Shown piece after piece: positions 9,474 to 18,098 of a stretch of 64,000 bases of DNA; the stretch's first letter is position 1; every line of letters begins with the position of its first letter. This DNA is from Bdellovibrionota bacterium (GTDB taxonomy: Bacteria; Bdellovibrionota_C; UBA2361; JBGSMV01). A program made the position numbers and the translations under genes. The stretch spans positions 32,001 through 96,000 of the forward strand of contig JBGSMV010000040.1 of assembly GCA_041739995.1 (NCBI GenBank), given 5' to 3'. The notes below the pieces were generated by a model. It saw only the letters and a program-made list of their open reading frames with translations, was not told the DNA's origin and did no database searches.

Positions 9474-10405
9474 GACTGCTTCTCCGCCTTCACTCCGCTC
9501 GAACCCGCCGCAGGTTCAACGTGCGAAATTCTCATTGAAATATCCTTTGCAGGTGCTTTAGTGGTCAATGCTCCAATCGAAACACAATCCACACCGCAAT
9601 CAGCAAGGCTCTTTAAGCGCTCAGAAGTGATTCCACCACTGGCTTCAATCTTTGGCTTTGCGGTGCCATCCGCGGCTCTTCGTTCACGAACCAACGCCAC
9701 CGCCTCTCGAATAAGCGCATCGGACATGTTGTCTAGCATCACGACGTCAGGTGAAAACTCAAGTGCTATTCCTAGCTCCTCTAAAGTTCTTACCTCAATC
9801 TCAAGCGGAAGTGGGTCTCCCGTTCGAGCACGCACCTTCTCAAGTGCACGGCGCATTTTTATTTCAACCGAAGCCCCTTCCTGACAATCAATATGATTGT
9901 TCTTAACGAGCAGCATGTCGCCAAGATGCACTCGGTGATTTGACGCTCCTCCGACCGAGACCGCATATTTGTCCAGCATCCGCCAACCAGGGATGGTTTT
10001 CCGAGTATCGAGTACGGTTAGGCCTTCGGAAACTGCCACCATTTCTCGCGCCTGCGAAGCCACACCACTCATGCGCTGTAAAAAGTTTAACGTCGTGCGC
10101 TCAAGAGCAAGTAACGCTTTAGTCTCTCCTTGAAGCGTCGCAAGCGGAGTGTTCGTATCGACCAGAGCTCCGTCTTTTTGAAGACAGACAGGCTCATCTA
10201 CCTGCATCGAAAACAACTCGCGCGCACAGCCCACGATAACGGGCACTAAAGGTATTCCACATACCACCAGCGGCTCCCGCGAAATGATGGTCGCAGTCGA
10301 GATGCTTCCTTCAGGGATACACGCCTCACTAGTCGCATCTCCTTGCGGCAAGTCTTCACTTAGGGCGAGCTCAATCAGAAGACGAACTAGAACGCTATCA
10401 AGCAT
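9470..10405 (-). CDS. nadC: Quinolinate phosphoribosyltransferase (nicotinate-nucleotide diphosphorylase)
   Basis: ERTTLNFLQRMSG, DTRKTIPG, NHR, VMLDNM, IEASGGI, ISIGALT. Confidence 0.96.
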   Translation of the reverse strand: MLDSVLVRLLIELALSEDLPQGDATSEACIPEGSISTATIISREPLVVCGIPLVPVIVGCARELFSMQVDEPVCLQKDGALVDTNTPLATLQGETKALLALERTTLNFLQRMSGVASQAREMVAVSEGLTVLDTRKTIPGWRMLDKYAVSVGGASNHRVHLGDMLLVKNNHIDCQEGASVEIKMRRALEKVRARTGDPLPLEIEVRTLEELGIALEFSPDVVMLDNMSDALIREAVALVRERRAADGTAKPKIEASGGITSERLKSLADCGVDCVSIGALTTKAPAKDISMRISHVEPAAGSSGVKAEKQS

Positions 10406-10411
10406 AGGGCG

Positions 10412-10417
10412 ATTATA
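10412..10417 (-). promoter_or_regulatory. -10 box TATAAT 6 nt before the nadC start (leaderless promoter candidate)
   Basis: Minus strand GAG-TATAAT-CGCCCT-ATG, with no Shine-Dalgarno sequence. Confidence 0.5.
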
Positions 10418-10503
10418 CTCACTGGTTCACCCAAAATGAAAACACGGCGTGCTTAAACGCCGGAGCTATGGGTGACGGTGAAAAATGCGCCCCCACTGGA
10501 CCA

Positions 10504-10917
10504 CTAGCTGGACTCTCTCTGAATAAAAAACGCCTCCATGCCAGGCAGTTGCGTCTTCCCAACAATCCCATAAAGGCAGGTAAAACGAGCGTAGTTATCC
10601 AGGTCCCAGCTGATGCGACAGCTCGATTCGAAGGCAGCTTGATTGTCCCTAAAGGTTATCGTTAGGACCTGAATCTTATCTGGAGTTTTAAGTTCGAATC
10701 GACCAGAACCAATCACAGTGACCCCGCCCACTTTTCGCTCGACCCGAAGCCCAGACGGAACTGGAATTAGTTTGATCGTTCCGGTGTATGTTTCGTTCGA
10801 ATCGGGTTTGCGTCCGATTAAATCGTAAACACCACCAAGCGGTCCGTATTCACCTAACGGCTCTTCCGCCACCACGCTTGTCGATAAGAGCAATAGAATC
10901 AAAACTAGTCGCAACAT
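10504..10917 (-). CDS. Hypothetical exported protein
   Basis: Signal peptide MLRLVLILLLLSTSVVA, beta-rich mature part, GAGGAG upstream. Confidence 0.7.
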   Translation of the reverse strand: MLRLVLILLLLSTSVVAEEPLGEYGPLGGVYDLIGRKPDSNETYTGTIKLIPVPSGLRVERKVGGVTVIGSGRFELKTPDKIQVLTITFRDNQAAFESSCRISWDLDNYARFTCLYGIVGKTQLPGMEAFFIQRESS

Positions 10918-11034
10918 ATTCTGGCCAGCTCCTCACCAAAATCAATTCGGCATTCCCTTCTGTGGCGCTCAAATCAAAGCTTTAGAGGTAGGTCGTGAAC
11001 CTTCGGTTGAGGATATCGGTTAGAGAAGATAAGT

Positions 11035-11202
11035 CTATAGCGCCGTTGGAGCACCCCGCCCGTCACTCAAACCGACGCGGTCGATCAGCGCGACAAGCTG
11101 TGCGGCGAGATCTCCGTGAGGGGCCTGGGATGCAGCTTCGCGGATGGCATACTTTTCCGAATGTATCATGAATGGGGTTTGTTCTTGGGTCGGTGTAGTC
11201 AT
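11035..11202 (-). CDS. Small ORF (55 aa) at the start of a second, probably decayed integron cassette
   Basis: GGAGGG RBS then ATG about 30 nt after the attC R' box. Translates MTTPTQEQTPFMIHSEKYAIREAASQAPHGDLAAQLVALIDRVGLSDGRGAPTAL. Below the ORF-track size cutoff. Confidence 0.45.
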   Translation of the reverse strand: MTTPTQEQTPFMIHSEKYAIREAASQAPHGDLAAQLVALIDRVGLSDGRGAPTAL

Positions 11203-11228
11203 TTATCCCTCCCTTCTTGAACCAAACT

Positions 11229-11326
11229 GTGTAACGGCAAACGCTCACCAGTTTGCGCCCACATCTTACTTCCAACTCGCCACCTAATCCGCCCGGGCGC
11301 AAAGCTGGTGGAGCGGTTTGTTATCC
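11229..11326 (-). mobile_element. Integron attC recombination site (98 bp)
   Basis: Minus strand: R'' GGATAAC-AAACC-L'' GCTC(C)ACC-AG(C)TTTGCGCCC...GGGCGCAAACT-L' GGTGAGC-GTTTGCC-R' GTTACAC. Long imperfect inverted repeat with two extra bases on the R'' arm. Confidence 0.8.
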
Positions 11327-12027
11327 CGAAATTCAGGAGAGCTGGTAACTCGATCGCATCAGTTTTGACTACCCCTAAAACTCATGAGCAGACCTCCATA
11401 CCTTGAGATTCTCTGCTGTCTCCTGAAACTGCATCCAAAAAATATACTTGACTGAATCCGCAATAAGGATCATCAGGGTGCCTCCAGGAGACATCTACTC
11501 GCCAAGTCCACCCTGTAGTTTTTTGAGACGCCCCTGTGGGATGTACCATCTGAAAGTGGGCATTTGCAAAATCAACATCGGGGTATTTATTCCTGAGATT
11601 TTCGAGTGCCTCTGTCTTTCCAAGTTTCGGTTCGACTATTAAAGCGCCCTGCTTTCGCGCTAAGTAACTATAGGCTTCTAGCAACTTACCCTGGGAGATT
11701 CTCACCCTTACAAAGGGCTCGGGTACTCCTAGAGTCGTAAGGGGTTTATACTGGTAATGGACAAAATAGTCCCTAGTAGAGCTGTTCGATCTCCTCTTCG
11801 TTTCACCCTCGTCGTAGGTATAGTTCCGGCTAAAATAGTCCTTTCCAACTTGGCTCTCGATAAATTTATCTGCCATGATCCTGAGGTCATTCGGAACGAA
11901 ATCAGCCTGTGCAATTTCGATTAAGGGGCTAAGGAGCAAGTACAAGAAAAGCCAGCTACTCCATACACTTTTCATAGACTGTGCCTTCCTTTACTGGTCC
12001 ATAATCTCCGCAGAGCCTGAGGGATAA
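11235..12027 (-). mobile_element. Integron gene cassette (793 bp) carrying ORF 11382..11975
   Basis: Begins G^TTATCCC (12028..12021, minus strand). Its attC R'' is GGGATAAC, the exact reverse complement, as expected for an integrated circular cassette. Confidence 0.75.
11382..11975 (-). CDS. Cassette-encoded exported hypothetical protein (possible PepSY-like C-terminus)
   Basis: Signal peptide ending AQA-D, AAGGAAGG RBS, C-terminal 'EALENL...WRVDV...VYFLDAVSG' pattern. Looks more AT-rich than flanking genes. Confidence 0.7.
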   Translation of the reverse strand: MKSVWSSWLFLYLLLSPLIEIAQADFVPNDLRIMADKFIESQVGKDYFSRNYTYDEGETKRRSNSSTRDYFVHYQYKPLTTLGVPEPFVRVRISQGKLLEAYSYLARKQGALIVEPKLGKTEALENLRNKYPDVDFANAHFQMVHPTGASQKTTGWTWRVDVSWRHPDDPYCGFSQVYFLDAVSGDSRESQGMEVCS

Positions 12028-12145
12028 CATATTAATAAGCAGGATAGCCGGTCGACTGTACCTAGTCCCATCCTTGGTGATCAAGGAAGATGACTCCACT
12101 ACCACTCCGTATAAATTTAGTTATTTCAAGCCACTACGACTTCAT

Positions 12146-12169
12146 CCTTGGTTAAGATATTAACCAAGG
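12146..12169. promoter_or_regulatory. Perfect 10-4-10 palindrome (operator-like or terminator-like)
   Basis: CCTTGGTTAA-GATA-TTAACCAAGG. A related TCCTTG-GTGAT-CAAGGA lies at 12071..12087. Confidence 0.5.
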
Positions 12170-12262
12170 TTTGCCTGATTTTCGCACTTGTTGGCAGTCC
12201 TTGATCAGCAGCCTGCCTGCCTTGAACAAGAGCCAGAAAACCCTTCCAACCGAACTCGCCCC

Positions 12263-15200
12263 CTACTGAAACGAAAGCACCGGCCGTCCAAACAACTGCT
12301 CGACTTCTTCACAAAGCGCTTCCGACGGCACGACACATATCGGCGCGTCGCGTTGATCTTTAAGTGAAATCTTTACCTGAGCATCATCAATAGAAAGCTG
12401 AACTTTCACCGGACAATTCCCGCTGTGCTGCTTAAACAATGCTTGCAACTTTGCCATCTCTCGGCCCAAGTCTTCCTCAGTGAGACGCAACACCCCTGTC
12501 GTCGCATTGCGGTCGCGCAAAGCTATCAGAGACTCCATCTTATCGACTATCAACGTGCGTCGCTCTTCACTCACGTCAGCCTTGCCCACAATCAACACTG
12601 GATCATCGGCGACCATAAGAGTAGCTACCTGACGATAAACGTCGGGCCAGACAATTGCTTCAATCGTGCCCAACCAGTCCTCAAGGGTAAATGTTGCGTA
12701 GCGGTCGCCCTTCTTGGTGTTCTTAAGTTTTAGCGCCGTGACCACACCAGCGATGCGCACTTCACTCGATCGCGCCCCCGCACTCGCTGGTTTGTTTTTA
12801 AGATCTTGCGTCGTTATGGCACCAAAACGCTTTAAATCTGGTAGGAACTTTTCAAGCGGATGCCCTGAAATATAAAACCCTAGAGCCTCTCGCTCAAACG
12901 CGAGCCGTTGATTGACGGGCCACTCGGGTAATTTAGTGGTGCGCCGTGTGATGGTCGGTTGCGCGGCTGCACCTGAAAACAATGACATCTGATTGGTGTC
13001 ACGATCTTTACTTAAGGACTGTGCGGCTTTATGCGAATCTTCGACACGAGAAAGCTGGTCGCGTCTCGACTCTCCACTGAAATCAAATGCGCCGCACTTA
13101 ATCAAACTCTCAATCACGCGCCGATTGACGCACTTCAAATCGACACGCAGCAAAAAATCTTCCAGATCAACAAAAGGCCCCGTCTTCGTGCGGGCCTCAA
13201 CGATGCTCTGCACCGCTTTCTCTCCGATGCCCTTCACTGCCTCAAGGCCGTAGCGAATACTGCCCTTATGTACCGTGAAGCCAGCAAGAGACACGTTTAC
13301 ATCGGGTGGTAATACTGAAATCTTTTGAGTGCGACATTCGTTAAGGTTCTTAAGCGTCTTGTCGCTGTCTTCCATCTCGTTGCTCATCAGCGCCGCCATG
13401 AACTCAACTGAGTAGTGAGTTTTGAGGTAGGCGGTCTGGAACGAGATCACAGCGTAGGCCGCTGAATGACTTCGATTGAAGCCGTAACGCGCAAAGGTTT
13501 CCATTTGATCGAAAATCTCAGTGGCAGCGTTTTGGGGCACCCCGCGCTCCACTGCACCAGAAACAAAATGTTGCCTCTGCTTGGCCATTTCTTCTGGGTT
13601 CTTCTTACCCATGGCTTTTCGCAACAAATCCGCTTCGCCAAGGCTGTACCCGGCAAGCTCTCTGGCCAACTGCATGATCTGTTCTTGATACAGCATGATG
13701 CCGTACGTATCAGACAGCACGTTCTTCATCAGAGGATGCAGGTAGGTAACTGGTTCGCGTCCATGTTTGCGCGCGATGTAATGATCCACCATGCCGGCAT
13801 CAAGTGGCCCCGGGCGATATAACGCGAGGATAGCGACTAGGTCATCGAAACAGTTCGGCTTCAATCGAACGGTCATGTCCGTGATGCCCGAAGACTCGAG
13901 CTGAAACACTCCAGTGGTGTTACCTGAGGAAAGCATCGAAAGCGTCTTGGCATCCTCTAAGGGGATCTGATCAAAATCCACCTCTATGCCACGGCTCTCT
14001 TTAATAATGCGCAGCGCGGTGTGAATCACCGTCAAGGTTTTTAGTCCAAGGAAGTCGAACTTCACTAACCCTGCTTTCTCGACAAAAGTCATCGAGAACT
14101 GCGTCACATCCTTGCCGTCCTTGTCGACCATCATCGGCAAAAGCTCAAGCAGTGGTCGGTCTCCAATCACCACTCCGGCGGCGTGTGTCGAAGAATGCCG
14201 AGTAAGTCCTTCAAGCCTTCGGGCCAGGTCAATCAGCTTCTTGCCTTCCCCGTTTGCATACTCGCGAAGGCGCGGCTCCATCTTGATAGCTTCGTCCAAC
14301 GGATACTCAAAACCCTGCCGCGGAGCCGGCACCAACTGAGCTACTCGGTCGGTTTCCGCATAGCTTAAGCCCAGCGCGCGCCCGACGTCTTTAATGGCGG
14401 CCTTTGCTTTGAGCGTTCCAAAGGTCGCAATCTGCGCAACTCGGTCACTCCCATAGCGAGCAACCACATACTCAATCACTCGGTCGCGGCCGTTAATGCA
14501 GAAATCCACGTCGATATCAGGCAAGGAAACACGTTCTGGGTTAAGGAATCTTTCAAAGAGTAATTTGTGGCGAATGGGATCTACATCCGTAATGCGCATC
14601 GAGTAGGCCACCAGAGAGCCTGCGGCACTGCCTCGGCCTGGACCGACTGGAACTCCATTCTCTTTGGCCCACACAATGAAGTCTGAAACGACCAAGAAAT
14701 ATCCAGAGAAGCCCATCTTCCATATCAAGGAAATCTCAAGCTCAAGACGTTCCTTGTAGCGTCGTTCTTCGGCGTCACTCCAAGATGCCGCACGTCCCTT
14801 GATGGTCGGAAAGCGCTTCTCAAGTCCAAGCCGCGCAGACTGGGCCATAAGCTCGTTTAGCTCATCAGCTGAAGGCTCTTGCTCAGCCTTGGGGTCAGGC
14901 TTAAATGACGGCATGAAGTGGCGCTTCGAATCCAGCGACAGATCACACATGTCGGCGATCAGAAGTGAATTCTTGCAGACCTCATCAGCAAAACTCTCGC
15001 CCTCAAAACCTTTGCGAATCTCAGCTTCGGTTTTTAAGTGCAGGTGCACCCCGACGTGCTGCAAGCGATCGGGGTCTGTAATCAACTTCCCTGTTGAAAC
15101 ACACATCAACACTTCTTGGGCGAAATGATCTTCTTCCGATGGATAGTGGCAATCGTTTGTAGCCACAATCGGGAGCCCCATGCTCTTGGCCATCTCACCA

Positions 15201-15775
15201 CAAAGCGCATTGAGTTTGCGCTGTTCTGGAATGGCGTGCGGTTGCACCTCAAGAAAGAACCGATCCTTAAAAGTCTTGGCATGCCACTCGATTCGAGAAC
15301 GACATTCCTCAACGTTTTCGGCAAGCGCGGCCTCCGCAAGCTCTCCGTTTAAACACCCCGAAAGAACAATCAACCCCTCGCTGCACTGCTCAAGCAACTC
15401 ATGGTCAACGCGCGGCTTGAAATAGAAGCCTTCCTTGTACGCCAAACTGGACAGTCGAATGAGGTTTTTGTATCCGACTTCGTTCTTTGCGATGACCGTG
15501 AGGTGATACGTTCCCGCACCGCCTTGGCTGCGCATGCGCCGATCGGAACGCGGACCTGATGTCACATAAAACTCGCAGCCAATCAGCGGCTTAATGCCAG
15601 TCTTCTTTGCGGTGTGATAAAACTCTAGGGCGCCGTGCAGATTGCCGTGATCCGTCATCGTGACCGCAGGGAATCCAAGCTTATGAGCAAGGCCAATAAT
15701 GTCAGAAATTTTATTGGCCCCGTCGAGCAGGCTGTACTGTGTGTGAAGATGAAGATGGACGAATCCTTGACTCAT
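12263..15775 (-). CDS. dnaE: DNA polymerase III alpha subunit
   Basis: PHP 'HLHLHTQYSLLDG', GPGRGSAAGS, PDIDVDF, KFDFLGL, YGFNRSHS, OB fold. 1170 aa, no intein-size insertion. Confidence 0.98.
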   Translation of the reverse strand: MSQGFVHLHLHTQYSLLDGANKISDIIGLAHKLGFPAVTMTDHGNLHGALEFYHTAKKTGIKPLIGCEFYVTSGPRSDRRMRSQGGAGTYHLTVIAKNEVGYKNLIRLSSLAYKEGFYFKPRVDHELLEQCSEGLIVLSGCLNGELAEAALAENVEECRSRIEWHAKTFKDRFFLEVQPHAIPEQRKLNALCGEMAKSMGLPIVATNDCHYPSEEDHFAQEVLMCVSTGKLITDPDRLQHVGVHLHLKTEAEIRKGFEGESFADEVCKNSLLIADMCDLSLDSKRHFMPSFKPDPKAEQEPSADELNELMAQSARLGLEKRFPTIKGRAASWSDAEERRYKERLELEISLIWKMGFSGYFLVVSDFIVWAKENGVPVGPGRGSAAGSLVAYSMRITDVDPIRHKLLFERFLNPERVSLPDIDVDFCINGRDRVIEYVVARYGSDRVAQIATFGTLKAKAAIKDVGRALGLSYAETDRVAQLVPAPRQGFEYPLDEAIKMEPRLREYANGEGKKLIDLARRLEGLTRHSSTHAAGVVIGDRPLLELLPMMVDKDGKDVTQFSMTFVEKAGLVKFDFLGLKTLTVIHTALRIIKESRGIEVDFDQIPLEDAKTLSMLSSGNTTGVFQLESSGITDMTVRLKPNCFDDLVAILALYRPGPLDAGMVDHYIARKHGREPVTYLHPLMKNVLSDTYGIMLYQEQIMQLARELAGYSLGEADLLRKAMGKKNPEEMAKQRQHFVSGAVERGVPQNAATEIFDQMETFARYGFNRSHSAAYAVISFQTAYLKTHYSVEFMAALMSNEMEDSDKTLKNLNECRTQKISVLPPDVNVSLAGFTVHKGSIRYGLEAVKGIGEKAVQSIVEARTKTGPFVDLEDFLLRVDLKCVNRRVIESLIKCGAFDFSGESRRDQLSRVEDSHKAAQSLSKDRDTNQMSLFSGAAAQPTITRRTTKLPEWPVNQRLAFEREALGFYISGHPLEKFLPDLKRFGAITTQDLKNKPASAGARSSEVRIAGVVTALKLKNTKKGDRYATFTLEDWLGTIEAIVWPDVYRQVATLMVADDPVLIVGKADVSEERRTLIVDKMESLIALRDRNATTGVLRLTEEDLGREMAKLQALFKQHSGNCPVKVQLSIDDAQVKISLKDQRDAPICVVPSEALCEEVEQLFGRPVLSFQ

Positions 15776-16245
15776 AGCGCGCGTACTACACAGCTCTGTC
15801 TTTTCCGCTCGACGACCCTTCGCCCTCGAACACTCCCAAGTCGCTGACTATAACCGACTTAAAGCGAGGCTGTCAGCACCGCTATCGGTTCACGGGGTAA
15901 ATTTATCTGGTGGTGTTAGATAGTTAATGGGCTGAATACTTGAGTGGTGGCAATTCCTTAGGTCATCCCCCGATCGGGGACGACTGCATTTTGTTAACGG
16001 ATAATATTGTCACCCCCGATTTGCTGGCGCAAATCGACCCCTGAGGGGTAGCCGTACAGATTTATGTCAACATTTCGGGAGTCTGCCCCTCTTATTCACA
16101 ATTTTCTCAATTTGGTCCAATATCTCCCCCTCCCCAAGAGGCCCAGCATGTCGCTTGCCTCACGGAGAACGTGCACATAGAAGTGCCCTACCCTTTTGCC
16201 TTAGTAGTTAGTTTCAGCGGAAGACCGCTCGCGAGTCCAGCATAG

Positions 16246-16554
16246 ATGAACCAAACCGCCCGCTTCCAGAGAACGATTGAGAACTTCACCTGCGCAGTAT
16301 GCGGAGCAGAGGTAGAGGGCGACGGCTTTACGAATCATTGCCCTGCTTGTCTGTGGAGCAAACACGTAGACGTCAACCCTGGTGACCGCGCTGAAAGATG
16401 CACTGGTCTTATGGAGCCGGTTCACGTCGAGATTCTATCGAGCGCACGTTTTCTCACGCATCGCTGCCTTAACTGTAAGATCGAACGCAGAATTCGCCTT
16501 CGCGACGACGATAGTATCGACGCCATCGTTGAACTTAGTCGCCAAGGAGGATAG
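16246..16554 (+). CDS. RNHCP domain-containing protein
   Basis: FTCAVCG...TNHCPACLWSKHVD..PGDRAERCTGLMEP...HRCLNC. Confidence 0.9.
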   Translation: MNQTARFQRTIENFTCAVCGAEVEGDGFTNHCPACLWSKHVDVNPGDRAERCTGLMEPVHVEILSSARFLTHRCLNCKIERRIRLRDDDSIDAIVELSRQGG

Positions 16555-16562
16555 GCGCTTCC

Positions 16563-17126
16563 GTGGCCCTTACCAGCACCATCTACAACTTCGATTTAGA
16601 GATCTCCGATATGGACAGAGAGGTATACACCTCCTGCTCCCTCGCGCTCGCGCGCCATCCCTCTGAGACGAGCGCGTTCATGATCACGCGCCTGCTGGCC
16701 TACTCCCTTGAGTACAGAGAGAACCTCGAATTTACCCGAGGGCTTTCTGAGTCAGAAGAACCAGCCCTTTGGGCCAAGGACCTGACCGGCAGTCTTGAGG
16801 CTTGGATAGAGATTGGGAGCCCCGCTCCAGAACGACTGCACCGTGCGCGCAAAGCTTGTGAGCACGTAGCGATTTATACCACACGCGATCATCCTCAACA
16901 GCTTGAGAGCTATCGCAGCGCAAAGATCTACCGTGCCGAAACAATCGCTTTCTATCTGGTGAGTAGCGAACTAGTGAACGGCCTTGGAACCCATCTCACA
17001 AAACGCAACAAGATTTCTCTCTCTCGCAATGAAGGCATTGTCTATTGCGACCTTGGTACGATTCAGCTGGACGGAGCAGTGTCTCGAAAGTCGCTCATTG
17101 AAGATGCAACCGATCCAATTTCGTAA
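16563..17126 (+). CDS. yaeQ: YaeQ family protein
   Basis: MALTSTIY...ISDMDR...LARHPSET...FTRGLS..EEPALW.KDLTG...WIEIGSP. Confidence 0.92.
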   Translation: MALTSTIYNFDLEISDMDREVYTSCSLALARHPSETSAFMITRLLAYSLEYRENLEFTRGLSESEEPALWAKDLTGSLEAWIEIGSPAPERLHRARKACEHVAIYTTRDHPQQLESYRSAKIYRAETIAFYLVSSELVNGLGTHLTKRNKISLSRNEGIVYCDLGTIQLDGAVSRKSLIEDATDPIS

Positions 17127-18098
17127 ACTTCGCTGCAATCCAACCATATCAACCCCGAAGAGACTGAGAGAATACCCCCCATGGCTTCTGTCTTTGCCCA
17201 AGGTTCAAGCCCAAAGTGAAGAAAGCGGCGTAAAACCGCACCGCTACGCACAATTTCGTTTACTGCATTTTCAAGCGGTGATAATATGCACAAGTCTTCA
17301 AAAACTCTTTTGGTGACGCACCTCATTGAGGCTGAACTCTTCTGACTGCCCCTTAGGCACGAAGTTGACGTTCGGTTTTTATGAGTCAAGTGAGCGCAAA
17401 CAGGAATGACAGCTCCATGTACTTTATTTCAACTCGAAATACCGCAGAATGCCCAGTAAAATGGGGGTTTTTGCGCGCTGGTACTGTGGCTCCACTTTCT
17501 CGGGCCTCACTTAGAACGATTGGTACCGGAACGTGCAGAGCCCCAATCAGGGGAACGGTGAGTAACATCACCGCTGGGCATTTCGGATCTTCGACACTTG
17601 CTTCGGCCATGGGATACGCGATCAGCCAAGAGCTTATCGCAGACCCCCGGGTCTTAGATCAAAAGGTCGAAGTCCCACTGGTTAGTTAGTGCGTCGCTGG
17701 GCCGTGAAGGTATTCCAGCGATAGGCTGGAAAAACTTTCGCGATTCTGCCCTCAGAGAGCCTCAATTAACATTGATCGAAACTCTGAAAGTCCGAATCCT
17801 CCTTTAGTTTTCCTAGCTTCTAGCTTGAATATGCGCCCGCTCGTGTAGGCGTGGCGTGCAACGTATGGGAACGAATGTAGGGGAAAAGTTGAGCAAGCAA
17901 GAAACACTAAGAGCATAGCGCCACTGTCAGTTCGCTGATGGAGCCTAAGTACATGCACGTAAAGCAATCGAACGGGCACAAATGGCGCGAACGGGATTCG
18001 TGTATGCGAAAGGCCTGGTGAAGTCTTTCGAGAAGTGTACAGGAAAATTCGCGACCTCAAGGCTCGTGGGAAAGCGAAGGGATTTAGGAGAAACGTAT

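Noticed and set aside
11063..11302. 79-aa ORF from the track
   Set aside because: It starts inside the attC hairpin with no RBS. The RBS-backed 55-aa ORF 11035..11202 in another frame fits better.
17127..18098. Genes or tRNA in the ~970-bp gap (ORFs 17381..17689 and 17386..17610; GGTTCAAGCCC near 17202)
   Set aside because: The ORFs have no motifs or RBS, and the T-loop-like word has no cloverleaf around it. The region remains unexplained.
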